DNA of 64,000 nucleotides from the NCBI GenBank assembly GCA_951406725.2, contig OX597815.1, positions 196,726,001 through 196,790,000 of the forward strand, written 5' to 3'. The notes beneath the pieces were generated by a model, which was given only the letters and a program-made list of their open reading frames with translations, was not told where the DNA came from and did no database searches. Below are positions 25,928-40,700 of the stretch, piece by piece. Positions within the stretch are counted from its first letter, which is position 1; the number at the start of each line of letters is the position of its first letter. The stretch comes from Octopus vulgaris (lineage: Eukaryota). Position numbers and translations under genes: made by a program.

Positions 25928-26021
25928 TTATCCCCGTTTGATAGACCCGTTTGATAGACCCGTTTTTCTGCATCGCTTCCAATAGCTTTTCTTTTCTTTA
26001 TGCTACTGATATTTACCAATT

Positions 26022-26409
26022 GGAGGCGCAATGGCCCAGTGGTTAGGGCGGCGGACTCGCGGTCGTAGGGTCGCGGTTTCGATTCCCAGACCGGGCGTTG
26101 TGATGTTTATTGAGCGAAAACACCTAAAAAGCTCCACGAGGCTCCGGCAGGGGATGGTAGTGGTCCCTGCTGTACTCTTTCACCACAACTTTCTCTCACT
26201 CTTTCTTCCTGTTTCTGTTGTGCCTGTATTTCAAAGGGCCGGCCTTGTCACTCTCTATTGTCACGCTGAATATCCCCGAGAACTACGTTAAGGGTACACG
26301 TGTCTGTGGAGTGCTCAGCCAGCCACTTACACGTTAATTTGACGAGCAGGCTGTTCCGTTGATCGGATCAACCGGAACCCTCATCGTCGTAACCGACGGA
26401 GTGCTTCCC
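26022..26409 (+). mobile_element. tRNA(Arg)-like headed SINE, tail type X
   Basis: GGAGGCGCAATGGCCCAGTGGTTAGG...GTTTCGATTCCC; flanked by ATTTACCAATT direct repeats. Confidence 0.88.
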
Positions 26410-26944
26410 CATTTACCAATTACCGTTATACATTATCTGCTCATGCCTTGGTTACTTCCATCCCTTATAATCTACGTTATCTAACTTTTATCTGGCTATT
26501 GTCAAACGATGTCTTCATAGCAGTAATTCTGCTTTGTTTACCCAACACCCCCTCCTCATCTTTCCCCTCTATTTCTTCTCTGGTTTCCTTTTTTTTCTTT
26601 TCCTGTAAACTTATATACTTGTGAATACTATGAAATATGCCTTTGCCAGATGAATTGGCCTTGCATAACGGATTGTCAGAAACACGTGTTATTTCCAGGC
26701 TGTGAGGAATCTTTGTTATGTGATGAATGTGGTTACGGTATAAACCATGATGCAGTCGCAACAGCTGTTGCTTTTTGTATTCCTTATTCTGTATTCAGTA
26801 TTTTATATTCCATGTCAATATACGCATTACGTCTACTTGTGCTTATCTGCCTTCCTACATTACATATATGTGTGTGTCCCTGTGTATGTATATGGATAAA
26901 TGTACCGTAAATGTGTGTGTATATACATATATATATATATACAC

Positions 26945-27460
26945 TCCTGTTTTACTTGTTTCAGTCATTTGACTGTGGCCATGCTGGAGCACCGCCTTTA
27001 GTCGAGCAAATCGACCCCAGGGCTTATTCTTTGTAAGCCTAGTACTTATTCTATCAGTCTCTTAGGCCGAACCGCTATGTTACGGGGACCTAAACACACC
27101 AGTATCGCTTGTCAAGCGATTTGGGAGGGGGAAACAAACATAGACACACAAACATATACACAGACACTTACATGCATACATACATACATACATCCATACA
27201 TACATACATACATACATACGTACATACATACATACATACATACATACACACATACATGCATACATACATACAAACATACATACATACATACATATATACG
27301 ACGGGCTTCTTTCATTTTCCGTCTACCAAATCCACTCACGAGGATTTGGTCGGCCCGAGGATATAGTAGAATGCACTTGCCCGAGGTGCCACGCAGTGGG
27401 ACTGAACCCGGAACCATGTGGTTGTTAAGCAAGCTACGTACCACACAGCCATTCCTAAGC
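26945..27460 (-). mobile_element. Microsatellite-containing SINE with expanded (TACA)n
   Basis: Family match to 15020-15450. Confidence 0.85.
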
Positions 27461-27462
27461 TA

Positions 27463-27541
<79 letters not shown>

Positions 27542-27824
27542 TGTTGACTAGCATTACTTGTTCTGACCTGGCAGAGATAAGACGTTATTATTGTTCGCTG
27601 AAATTTTTTCCTATCATGTCTGTAGTAGTTCGTGACCATCCCGTGGTACAGAAGTATTTTTTGACTTCTGTTTTTAGCGGTATAGGTGCTAATGTAGTGC
27701 CCTTGTGTATATATTTACATATCTAATATTGTATGTATATATTTATTAATTTGCCTGTACGGCTGATAATCCGCTTGCGACTCGTGACGGTATTTTAAAA
27801 ATACCATCCCTATAGATAAATATA

Positions 27825-27845
27825 TAGATAGATAGATAGATAGAT

Positions 27846-27883
<38 letters not shown>

Positions 27884-27928
27884 GTTGGTAGATAGATAGG
27901 TAGGTAGGTAGGTAGGTAGGTAGGTAGG

Positions 27929-27989
<61 letters not shown>

Positions 27990-27990
27990 G

Positions 27991-28076
<86 letters not shown>
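27825..28076. repeat. (GATA)n/(GGTA)n tetranucleotide tract
   Basis: Direct inspection. Confidence 0.95.
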
Positions 28077-28077
<1 letters not shown>

Positions 28078-28308
28078 TCATTACTGGAACAGACACTGTT
28101 ATTCTATATACCGTAGACGGGAGATTGGGCTGTTATGGCATGAACTGATCTCTATCACTTTAGAGCTCAAATAAGAGCGTAATCGCATAATGTGTCAATT
28201 CCGGCGGCCGTGACAGGCGGTTTTCATATGTCAACCACATTAAGCTGGAGATAAAAATTACCTCCTGGTATCCATTCTACTTCTGTCGCTATTAATACTG
28301 ATATTTAT

Positions 28309-28376
<68 letters not shown>

Positions 28377-28377
28377 G

Positions 28378-29700
28378 CTTAGGGATCCTGCTGTCCTTCA
28401 TTATAATAAGGTGTCCGGTCCAACGTAACCGGTTCTTGTGCACCATCACCTCAATACTCAAAATACCAGCTGTCCTCAGGACCTGTGTGTCTGGAGTTTT
28501 TAAGGTCCTGCCACCATTCAGAATGTGTCTGAGACATCTCTGATGATAGCGTTCAAGAACCTTTACATGATGTTTCTAAAGGGTTCACCTCTCACATGAT
28601 TAAAGGAACGATGTCAGTACACGTGCACGGTATACAGCAATTTTTGTTTGTCGTGTGATGCCATGCTGGGACTAGACACGAGACTGAAGAGACCGGAAGA
28701 AATCAGTTGCTCTCTGCAGCCTGAAAGATATTTCATCATCCAGGGAGCAAGAACGGCTGGGTTCGCTGCCCAGGTAGACGAACTTGACCACCACTTTCAG
28801 AATTGTTCCTTCAACGAAGATAGCTGGTTTCCACATATGAATTTCTTGGTGCTGCTAAGAACATTACAACAGTCTTGTCCAGGCTAATGTTAAATTCAAA
28901 TGCCTTGCAAGAAGCAGAAATACGATTCATAAATAGTTACGTATCATCCATTGTATGAGTGACTAAGTCACAGTCATCAGCATTAAAGAGGTCACGAATA
29001 AGAGACTGGAAAACTTTTGAATTGGCAGCAAATCTGCGCAGATTAAAGAGGCGGCCAGAAGATCGATATCTGACATATATTCCCAGAGATCTAACCTTAG
29101 CAAAAGCATGAGTAAAAGCAGCAGCAAAGTACAAAGAAAAGAGAGTTGGGGCAAGGATGTCACCCTGCTTGACACCATTCTCTACAGGGAAATTGTGAAT
29201 GGAAAGTGACCCTGGCAGAAACCAAGGCTGCAATTAAAGGACTGTGTCAAGTCCCCATTAAAGGCCTGACATATATTCCCAGAGATCTAACCTTAGCAAA
29301 AACATGAGTAAAAGCAGCAGCAAAGTACAAAGAAAAGAGAGTTGGGGCAAGTATGTCACCCTGCTTGACACCATTCTCTACAGGGAACTTGTGAATGGAA
29401 AGAGACCCCAGCAGAAACCAAGGCTGCAATTAAAGGACTGTGTCAAGTCCCCATTAAAGGCCTGTGATATGCAGGAAACTGACTGGAAAAACAATGCCTG
29501 TCATCGTCACAGATGGAGGAAGCCGGTTAAGGAGGGGGTCGTCACTTTTGAGAGAGCAGGTATTCAGCATGAAGAACTCAAGCATGCTGCTCGAAAGCTC
29601 ACGGCTGGTGTAGTGAATGGGGAAAGCTTGGTCTGCAATGTTTGCGGTCGTGTATGCTTGTCAAGAGCAAGTTTCATTAGCCACCAACGGAGCTGCAAAT
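28378..29700. pseudogene. RTE-clade LINE 3' fragment with an inverted 5' part and a 196-bp tandem duplication
   Basis: Minus strand: GVKQGDILAPTLFSLYF, LFNADDCDL, RLRWTGHLIIMKDSRIPK; plus strand: ILYRELVNGKRP...CNVCGRVCLSRASFISHQRSC, typical RTE C-terminus. Confidence 0.85.
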
Positions 29701-29710
29701 ACAAAATATA

Positions 29711-29941
29711 TGTTTCTTTATTACCCACAAGGGGCTAAACATAGAGGAGACAAACAAGGACAGACAAACGGATTAAGACGATTACATCGACCCCAGTGCT
29801 TAACTGGTACTTAATTTATCGACCCAGAAAGGATGAAAGGCAAAGTCGACATCGGCGGAATTTGAACTCAGAACGTAACGGCAGACGAAATACGGATACG
29901 CATTTCGCCCGGCGTGCTAACGCTTCTGCCAGCTCGCCGCC
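29711..29941 (-). mobile_element. Meta-domain SINE monomer with TSD
   Basis: Flanked by AATACAAAATATA direct repeats. Confidence 0.88.
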
Positions 29942-30426
29942 TAATACAAAATATAAGTTAGTCCTAGAGCGCACAATGTTCCTGAAGGTCAGCAATGGTC
30001 TTCCTCGGTCACGAGTGGCTGACATCATATATATACATATACTGGAAATGTGTGAGATCCTTGGTGCAGTTAGGTATATTTAAAAAAAGAAAAAAGAATA
30101 ACTTCAGTGCTAGTTCTAATCAGTTTAATTTATTATTTTTCAATTTATATTATTAAAATTTTAAAAATATTTAACTCAAGTGCTTAGAACTACCAGTTAA
30201 GTCATTATTTTTCTGTTTTCAAATATATATATACATGTGTGTGTGTGTGTGTGTGTGTGTATGTACATATATATATATGTTAAAGATTATTTGCCAATAT
30301 AATGTGGCAGTCCTGGTTTAGGACGAATATTATAGTTGCTTAGACCCATTGGCAAATAATATTTACTCTAGAGTACTGTTACTGAATGTCTCTAGTTGAG
30401 AGATTTACAAATAGAAATTTCCTATG

Positions 30427-30482
<56 letters not shown>

Positions 30483-30698
30483 GTATATATATATATATGT
30501 ATATATACATAGACATAAACATATACATATACAAATACATATACATATACTTCGTCACCTGATTCGGGGTCCCCCGTCCACTTGTTCAGGCAAAGGCGAT
30601 TTGATGGTGGGAATGAGCTGATGTGTAGCACGAACATTTGATCGCTATTAACAACTCATTTTTGTAGGTCGCACAATGAAAAGCTGAATAATCATGTC

Positions 30699-30800
<102 letters not shown>

Positions 30801-31584
30801 GCATACATATATATTGTGAGAGAGAGACATCTTGGCGCGCAGGGACATTCAATCCATGGCTGCAGAAGGATTGTCCGGTTACTTGTCTCTGAGTAATATA
30901 TTTCCCATGGCTACTTGAATTACTCGTGCTTCTAACAAGGTCAAGCTCGATCAAAATAGATATTACAGGTCACGTAACAGTATTGGTTGAATACTCGTGC
31001 TACACACTCCTATTCTCTGCTGATTGCTACTAATATTGCTTGAGTTTATGACTAACTGGTACTTGCATCAGTCTGTGCTGTTTTTTGCTGCATGATTCGG
31101 CATGTTAGTCAGAAAACGTCACGTTACTTTTGGCTTCAAATTCCACTACTAACTTTTTTTAAAACTAAGTTTATGGAAATATAAGTAATTATTCTGGAAG
31201 TAAATTATATGGGAGTATCAGTAAAAAGTGTCACCAGCTATTTAATCACCATTCCTCTGCTTGTCGACAGTGGGTTTACTGTAACTACTAATGTAAATGG
31301 AAGCGATGTGCTTTTCTTTATGTAGGGTAAACTGTATGTGATGAATGGGACAGCAGTCCATCACATGATTACCTCTGACTGACAGCTCGTTTCTCTTTTC
31401 GTCTGGATTCATTGAACTTGCTAAAGAGCATAACATAACAACCGTGCGCCTGTAAACGAAAGCAATATTTATGCCTGGCACTTTTACCATTATATATTAT
31501 TAGAAAATGTAAAATATTTATGAACTTCGAACGTAAGACTTTAAACGGGGATATACATTTTTTAAATGATATATACCTATATAT

Positions 31585-31805
31585 ACTCTTTTACTTATTT
31601 CAGTCATTTGACTGCAGCCATGCAGGAGCACCGCCTTTAGTCGAGCAAGTCGACCCCAGGACTTATTCTTTGTAAGCCTAGTACTTATTCTATCGGTATC
31701 TTTTGCCGAACCTCTAAGTTACGGGGACGTAAACACACCAGCATCGGCTGTCAAGCGATGTTGGGGGTCAAACACAGACACACGAACATATACACACACA
31801 AACAT

Positions 31806-31838
<33 letters not shown>

Positions 31839-32005
31839 CATACGACGGGCTTCTTTCAGTTTCCATCTACGAAATCCACTCACAAGGCTTTGGTCGGCCC
31901 GAGGTTATAGTAGAAGACACTTGCCCAAGATACCACGCAGTGGGACTGAACCCGGAACCATGTGGTTGGTAAGCAAGCTACTTACCACACAGCCACTCCT
32001 ACGCC
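31585..32005 (-). mobile_element. Microsatellite-containing SINE
   Basis: Family match to 15020-15450. Confidence 0.88.
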
Positions 32006-32126
32006 TATATATTGAGAAATTAAACGATGATGTAGTAGCCCTTTATAAGTCTATCTGAACCAAACACTTCCATGTAACTGGAACGATATATATTACGCAT
32101 ATACCAACATACACGGATACACACAT

Positions 32127-32166
<40 letters not shown>

Positions 32167-32198
32167 GTTTTGTGTGTGTATGTGTATGCATATGTATG

Positions 32199-32229
<31 letters not shown>

Positions 32230-32494
32230 ATGTGTCTGAATACTTATATATATATATATGTGTGTATATGTATATGTACACGTTAATGTTCAGTAGAACA
32301 TTTCTTGTGTATTCTTGTACCACATCATTATCTAGCTGTCAGATACAGGAAATAAGACGAAATCTAATCACCAACACTCCTGTATTTTATTTGCTCGTAA
32401 TTCCGGCACCATTTTTTAAACTGTGTTGCCAGAAAAAAAAAAACCGATTCGTGTCATTAACAGTCATTAACAGTGATAGTAAGATTCTTTCTTG

Positions 32495-32517
32495 TTGTTA
32501 TTATCATCATCATTATT

Positions 32518-32615
<98 letters not shown>

Positions 32616-32709
32616 TATTATTATTATTATTATTATTGTTATTATTATTACTATTATTATTATTATTTTGTTGTTATTATTATTATCATCATCATCATCA
32701 TCATCATCA

Positions 32710-32753
<44 letters not shown>

Positions 32754-33120
32754 GTTATTATTATTACTATTATTATTATTATTTTGTTGTTATTCGAACG
32801 GCGACGACGATGAAGTGGAGAAGGACATTTTCGACGACGACGACGACGACGACGACGATGATGATGATGATGATGATGACAACGATAATGATGATGTTGA
32901 TAACGATCATGATGAATCTGTTGAAGATGAGGATACGGGTCGTGATTGCGAATGCGAGAATTTGGCGGAGGGCAAAAAGACAGTCGAACAGAACGGTAAT
33001 CAGTTAAGTCGAAGATGGTGATGATGATGATGATGATAATGATGATGAAGATGTTGAGGGGGAGTAGGAGGAGGAGATCAGGAGGAGGAGATCAGGAGCA
33101 GGAGCAGGAGGAGCAGGGCG
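32495..33120. repeat. Compound trinucleotide tract (CAT/TAT/GAC/GAT/GGA)
   Basis: Direct inspection. Confidence 0.9.
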
Positions 33121-33340
33121 GCCGGGTGCATGTTGTTGATGGTAGTTGATCATTATATGTTGGAAGCGGAAAACAAAAACCTTGAATGGCGAATATTTTT
33201 ATAAAACAGAAAAAAAAGATCGCCTTTCTTCCTTCTTTCTTTCTTCTAATCAAAACGAAAAAGAAAGAAAAGGAAAGAAAAAAAGAACTCAATACTGATT
33301 AATTTGAAATGAGTTCAGTGAAATAGATTGTAATTGTTTA

Positions 33341-33655
33341 TATTTCATTTTATTAAACTATTTATTTTATATTATTTTTGTTATTTCATTTTATTAAACT
33401 ATTTATTTTATATTATTTTTACTATTTCATTTTATTAAACTATTTATTTTATATTATTTTTATTATTTCATTTTATTAAACTATTTATTTTATATTATTT
33501 TTATTATTTCATTTTATTAAACTATTTATTTTATATTATTTTTACTATTTCATTTTATTAAACTATTTATTTTATATTATTCTTATTATTTCATTTTATT
33601 AAACTATTTATTTTATATTATTTTTATTATTTCTTTTTATTAAACTATTTTTTTA
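33341..33655. repeat. AT-rich minisatellite, about 41-bp unit, about 8 copies
   Basis: TATTTCATTTTATTAAACTATTTATTTTATATTATTTTT recurs at 33341, 33382, 33423 and onward. Confidence 0.9.
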
Positions 33656-34059
33656 TTATTTTGCTTTTTATTTTTTCATTAGTATTTTTCTTACGTTTTT
33701 AAAGAATCCTTTTCATTTGACCATTATGTGGTTGCCTGATGGAAGCAATAAATTTTCAGACGTTTTGTTCAACTGTCGGATCTTGCTTTCAACAAATATT
33801 TTGTGCTTGATTTTTGATAACAGTTAACGACCTACAGATTCACGTAATTATTAGTAATATTGTCGTTATTGTTTTCTGTTTGTTTTTTATGTTTTAGTGT
33901 TTAGTGTTTGTTTTTTGTTATGGTTTCCGTTCTCCTCCTCATCCTCATCCTTTTCCTCCTCCTCTTTCGCTTTCTCATTATTTTGCTTCATCTTATCCAG
34001 CTTTCATTTCTCTCCACTTAAGTCCAGGCAACACAACTTTTCGTTTTCCTATATTTTTT

Positions 34060-34122
34060 CATTATCATCATCATCATCATCATCATCATCATCGTCGTCG
34101 GCATCATCAGCATCATCATCGG

Positions 34123-34159
<37 letters not shown>

Positions 34160-34480
34160 GTCGTCGTCATCATCATTATCATCATCATCATCATCGTCGT
34201 CGTCATCAGCATCATCATCACCATCATCATTTTCATCATCATCGTCATCATCATCTTCATCATCATCGTCATCATCAGTATCATTATCATCATCACACTC
34301 TTCATCATCATCATCATCATCATTGTCATCACCGTCATTCCATCACCACTATAATTTCCGCTACCACCACCACCATCATCGCCACCACCACCACCACCAC
34401 CACCACCATCGCAATCGTCATCATCATCGTCTTCGTATTCGTTACTGTTGCCGTTGTCGGTGGTGTTATTATTATTATTT
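34060..34480. repeat. (CAT)n/(CAC)n compound tract
   Basis: Direct inspection. Confidence 0.9.
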
Positions 34481-35040
34481 TGTTTGTTTGTTTGTTGTGT
34501 TGTTCTTTCTGATTTGCGTTTTTCTTCCTTTTGAAAGCTAATCAAATAATAAATCGACACGAAATGGTTATACAAGTAATCATTCATATTTCATAGCATC
34601 ATCTCCCACTCTATTATGATTCCAGCTGCTTTCTGAATATATTAAAGGAACGAACAGTCTATTTCTCGCTCATATAAAATATGAGCTAATCTAATCTCTC
34701 GTTTTCTCTTTATGTTTTTCTTTCGTTTCTTTGAAATGTTGTGATGACTTTTATTTCATATTCAAACAGTTTCTAGGTGTGATTCACTTATCACATGACG
34801 CTGGCTGCTGTTAATCATCTTCCTGTGGTTATTTCTGTTTATTTCATTTGTTGTTTTATCCCAAGGGGAGGTGACCGAAGAGAACTTTGATCAATGACAT
34901 TCTCACCTAGTGCATCTCGTCTTTTTTACATATACATACATAAATACATGCATATATACATATATGTATGTGTGTGTGTATGTATATATGTATGTATGTA
35001 TATATCTATCTATATATATATGTATGTATGTATATATATA

Positions 35041-35077
<37 letters not shown>

Positions 35078-35084
35078 GTCGTAT

Positions 35085-35120
<36 letters not shown>

Positions 35121-35272
35121 GTGTGTATATATGTGTGTATATATATTTATATATATATATATATATATATAAAATATGTGTATATAGATAGATATATACA
35201 TATATATATATATATATATATGTCTTTATGTATGTATATGTAAAGAGACGAGATGCTCTCAGCAAGAATGTG

Positions 35273-35318
<46 letters not shown>

Positions 35319-35357
35319 TTTATGTATATGTAAAAAGATGAGATGCTCTCAGCAAGA

Positions 35358-35402
<45 letters not shown>

Positions 35403-35583
35403 TATATATATATATATATATATATGCATATATATATATGCATATATATATATATGCATATATATATATATACATTTATATATATGCATACATATATATA
35501 TACCCATCATATATATAGACATACATATATATATATATTTATATATGTGTGTGTACATGTGTGTGTACATGTGTGTGTGTGTG

Positions 35584-36510
35584 TACGAGGAGACGTCAAA
35601 ATTTATCCAAACTTTCGCTATAACATATCTGTATTATTGTCACACTGTCTTCTGCACATGCGTGCTTATAGTTGGTAATATTGTGGTCACGTGATCGAAG
35701 TCTTAGCCCGATTCCACCAATTTTACTTCCTCGCTTTACAGTGTAAGCATGGCCATTCTACTAGCAATGTGAACCACAATAGAACAAAGTGTCGTGATCT
35801 GATTTCTATGTAAAAGGAGTATATGATGGATGGAAGCACTCCGTCGGTTACGACGACGAGGGTTCCGGTTGATCCGAATCAACGGAACAGCCTGCTCGTG
35901 AAATTAACGTGTAAGTGGATGAGCACTCCACAGACACGTGTACCCTTAACGTAGTTCTCGGGGATATTCAGCGTGACACAGAGAGTGACAAGGCCGGCCC
36001 CTTGAAATACAGGTACAACAGAAACAGGAAGTGAGAGTGAGAGAAAGTTGTGGTGAAAGAGTACAACAGGGATCACCACCATCCCCTGCCGGAGCATCGT
36101 GGGACTTTTAGGTGTTTTCGCTCAATAAACACTCACAACGCCCGGTCTGGAATCGAAATCGACATCCTATGACCGCGAGTCCGCTGCCCTAACCACTGGG
36201 TCATTGCGCCTCCGGTATACGATCAACAGTGCAAGATACAGTGCTTTGCTGACAAAGATACTCACGCCAGCAATTCACACAAAATGCTGAAGCTTATTGT
36301 CGAAGAAAATGTTGTTGTTGCACGACACTGCACGCCTAAATATGGTCTTTCAGACCGTTGAAACCATTAACCAACTGGATTTTGAGGTGCTGGAACACCC
36401 TGCTACAGCCCATATCTCGCCCCTTCCGACTATCATATTTTTGGACCGCTCAAAATTGGTTTACGAGTCCGTCGATTTCCTACGGATGAAGATGTGAAAT
36501 AAGGGTTAAT
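35584..36510 (+). mobile_element. Internally deleted mariner (DD34D) transposon remnant, interrupted by a SINE
   Basis: TACGAGG..TCAAAA TIR-like start; LLLHDTAR (HDNARPH), FEVLEHP and SPYLAPSDYHIFGPLK (YSPDLAPSD) motifs at 36297-36500. Confidence 0.75.
35832..36213 (-). mobile_element. tRNA(Arg)-like headed SINE, tail type X
   Basis: Near-identical to 26022-26409; GTATAYGAT flanking repeats. Confidence 0.88.
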
Positions 36511-36529
36511 TAATGGTTGCGTCTATGTT

Positions 36530-36915
36530 TGTAACCCCACCCGATGCTGGTGTGTTCATGTCCCAGAAAATTAACGGTTCGGTAAAAGAGATCGATATAG
36601 TAAATACTATGATTACAAAGAATAAGTCCTGGGGTCGATTTCGTCGACTTCAGGCGATGTCCCAGCATTTCAAATGACTGAAACATGTAAAAGAGTATAT
36701 GTGTATGTGTGTGTGTTTGTGTATACGGTTGAAATTTACAGAAAAACAAAAGACAACGACAGGTGTATGAACAACAAGCAGGTATGTTAGTTTGACGCTT
36801 GGTAAAGTGAGAGTCTTTTATGTTCCGAGCCTACGCTCTTCATCAGAACGGAATTAGAGAATATAAAAATAGAGAGAATAAAGAAAAATTTATGGACTTT
36901 GGCGATCAAGCATGT
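36530..36915. mobile_element. 3' half of the microsatellite SINE followed by a minus-strand hammerhead mini-element (36725-36915)
   Basis: Reverse complement of about 36812-36850 reads CTGATGAAGAGCGTAGGCTCGGAACATAAAAGAC. Confidence 0.65.
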
Positions 36916-37326
36916 TGTCTATATGTATATATAGGCACAACGTGGTAACTTATTTTCAATCACACCTGAATCAACCGAGAACATGGACATATTTTTCCTT
37001 CTCTTTCCCTCTCTTTCTTTTTTTTTCTTCTTCTTCTCTCTCTCTCTCTCTCTCTCGCTTTCTTCCTCCCTACATATGTGTGTTTATGCATGTGTGTGTG
37101 TGTTTATGTACAACGATGTACATCTCAGTGTTAATGTTTACGTTTCTTTATATCCCTTAAACTTGCGGAGAGATCAATGAAATACTTACAAGCTCGAATG
37201 AAAGGAGTAAAATATAATGTATCTGCTCTTGAATAATTAGCAAACCTAATTGTATCTCTGACGTAAAGCCTCTGTAGACGCTAACGTATAACATGAGGTT
37301 GATTTTGCTATTATTTTTACTAGATA

Positions 37327-37748
37327 GACGCAGGAGCGGCTGTGTGGTAAGTAGCTTGCTAACCAACCACATGGTTCCGGGTTCAGTCCCACTGCGTGGC
37401 ATCTTGGGCAAGTGTCTTCTGCTATAGCCCTGGGCCGACCAAAGCCTTGTGAGTGGATTTGGTAGACTGAAACTGAAAGAAGCCCGTCGTGTATATGTAT
37501 ATATATATATATATGTGTGTGTGTGTATATGTTTGTGTGTCTGTGTTTGTCCCCTTAGCATTGCTTGACAACCGATGCTGGTGTGTTTACGTCCCCGTCA
37601 CTTAGCGGTTCGGCAAAAGATACCGATAGAATAAGTACTGGGCTTACAAAGAATAAGTCCTGGGGTCGCGTTGCTCGACTAAAGGCGGTGCTCCAGCATG
37701 GCCGCAGTCAAATGACTGAAACAAGTAAAAGAGTAAAGAGTAAGAGTA
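37327..37748 (+). mobile_element. Microsatellite-containing SINE
   Basis: Family match to 15020-15450. Confidence 0.88.
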
Positions 37749-40700
37749 GTTCAGGCGATTACATAAAGTATTTTCTTATTGACTCGTGTACAACTTTTAT
37801 TCTCTAACTGCAATAAAAGATTTCTGAAAACGTATAACATTTTTGTCTGATTTTCTTATATTATTGATGAATCCTTGAACCAACTGCCTACGACATCAAA
37901 CAACGGAAATTCTAGAATATTTTTTGCTCTTCTAATATTTTTCTGACTAAACAAGATCCAAAGATATGATCTTTTTCTGCATTTTTTATTCGTCCATCAA
38001 CAGCAGCTCTTTCGAAAAATATTGAGACGAAAATAATACAATCTAAAACAGAAATGATGAGGAATATTCTATACTTTGAATATAATGTTGAAAAAGGCCA
38101 ACTTTTGAAATTCTCACAGATATCTGCAGGAAGTAAAATTCACTCTTCATTGTTCAGAGTTCTGTAGAATGTAATATCTTTTGTGACAAAATTAATATTT
38201 TGCATTATAAGGACCGGCAATAATTTAGATTCTTCTAATATCAACTATATCTAATGTTAGGAGAGCGCAGATGGCCAGACTGATATAGCTTCGGACAATT
38301 AATTGTATTGGCGGTTGTTCTTAAAATGCATCGTGTACAATGTTATTCTGCTTTATGTTCTAAATGTTAAATAGCCTCTGGGTGAGTGCAGTACATCTAG
38401 CTGCTTTACTGAGGTGAAATTCCGTTCGTAATCAATGAATCATACGCGTATACGTCCAACCATGTAATATATTTTTGCTGGAAAACACAATTCTTCCTAC
38501 GTAATATGCGTAAGCTTATTTCAAATCTGCATTTGCTATTCTTATTTTACGTCCAGTATTTGTGAAGTTAAATTCTAGTTACATTATGTGTCCACATTAA
38601 AATCAATACATTGTCTTGCTTTTTTACCCGGGGATATTTTCAGTTTCCATGACTTGTTGTGTGCGCACAAAAATAACTATGATGACAGTTAATTTTTACA
38701 CGACAAAGGTAGCCGTTTTCACAAACATATATTAATCAAAAACCAATTAATCAAACAGAAAACCAATTTTAAAAGACGTACCACATAACGGGGTAATTTC
38801 CGCCAACAGGTACAACAATAACATCACATACAATAGTTCCACTAAAGATTGGTCATTATGTTGTAGAAGCTGAAATACTTGTAGATTGGTCAAGTTCCTC
38901 AATACCAGAATGGAATTTTCTTCAACTAAACACCACATCTTTCTGATTCTGTCCCTCATTAGATGAATAATTCCCCATTTTACCTCAAAGAGAAATGCAT
39001 TTATTATTACTGAGTTATACCAGTACTTAGATAGAAGATGTTAGTTGAGACTGAGATCCCAAAAGTTGGAGAAATTTTATTGACTCTATTAAAGTGAGTT
39101 TTAAAACTGGATATATTGCACAATACCATTGAGAAGCCTTCAAATCTTCGAGTAGATTTTGCTTGAATTTATGAAGCACATGAAACCATCAAACTAATCG
39201 TAAGGCTCATCAAATGCAAGAATTAAATTTAGAATATCTGTGATCACCCTAAAATCTCATTGATTCCAGTTTTGCGTGCATAAATCATAAGCGCCTGTTG
39301 TATATATGGATTAGCAAGCGGGAGAGAAATCACGATGGAAAATAAACCATCCGAAACTGAATGTGTTATTGGAGAATATAAAGCACAAAACTAACTGTGG
39401 GTGACTATCTGAGAATATATAAAAGCCATCACTTCACATTAAAGCGGACCAGATAAAAACATTCGTGAAGTGTATGGATCCTCAACATAGGATTTGGATA
39501 TTGCATGAATAAATTGAATAGAGATCTCACAGATTTGTAGTTAGAAGCCGACGGTGGAACGAAATTAACATGGAAAAACTAAGTTGATAAGTATCTTTTC
39601 CTCGGAAAATATACGTTGAAATTCAAAGGAAGTGTTATGAAGAATGCCTCGGAGATTAAATTCTTAACGCCCTAATGTTGACTTCTTTCTGCCAAACTTT
39701 GGGCAGTAAAGGAAGAGCAGTTTGAGCGTCTCCCACAGAAAGTCCCATTCGAGAGAACTTAAGCCAACATATGATAGGAGATTACTGTTGATTCCTACAG
39801 AAAAAATGAACGAACTTTCGTTCAACAAGGCAAAGTGTAAAAGACTGCAAAAAAGTTTCAATTCGCAATAGGAAATGGACTTCTGTTGCAACAGCGAAAA
39901 TATTTTCTAACGAAATAAGTAAAAACTAATATTAAGCTCGTTTGATGGATGAATGGGCGTATGAGTAGTAACCCTGAACATGACACTCGACTGACTTCCC
40001 TAAGATAAGAGAAAAGAAGGACAAACCTTGTAACATTATTTCAGCATGGCTAACATAAAACATGACATAGAAACATAATACACACTCCTTATTCAACGGA
40101 AGTCGCGTTAAAAGAGGACAATGAGTTAGTCTTTGTTTACATAAAACCTGAATATGCCTGGGCAATTTTCTTATCTGATCTCAAAACTAAATTAGTGATA
40201 TAGAACACTATTGTGGTCAGAGGTGAAAAATTTTAATTTTTATCTACAGTTTAGGATCTTTAAATACAATAAAGAAAATGATATACCCAAACTACCGCAA
40301 AACACACTATTTTCACAATAAAGTGTTCAGCTTTGTACATTTAATTTCAAGACACAAATATTGCATACTCATTACACAGCTAAACCATCGGATACACTAT
40401 ACAATCACATATTAAATAACACAAATATTACGTTTATGTAACAGACACTACAAATCGCACAAGCTGTCTTGCGCATTTTCTACACACCAATAAAATATCA
40501 GAACATTTTTAACATATCAGAAACAATGAATCAAAAATCACAACAAAATGAAATTGATAATAGGTTTTAAAGAACAACAAAGCACATTCCTCAAATACAA
40601 ACATTGTACTTGGTGATGTAGCTTAATTCAACGTAGTTCTACACAGGAATGATGGGTTCTAGTTTTGGCAGTATAGCAACAACTTTAGAAAAAGTGTAAA

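Noticed and set aside
26022-26095. Apparent tRNA-Arg gene (and similar tRNA-like heads elsewhere)
   Set aside because: Continues into a SINE body, has TSDs and multiple diverged copies
26690-26745. Possible small exon encoding CEESLLCDECGY after TTCCAG
   Set aside because: Weak donor site and no partner exons; cannot be supported
32172-34587. His/Ser/Asp-rich ORFs of 170-214 aa
   Set aside because: Trinucleotide microsatellites without coding complexity or supported splice structure
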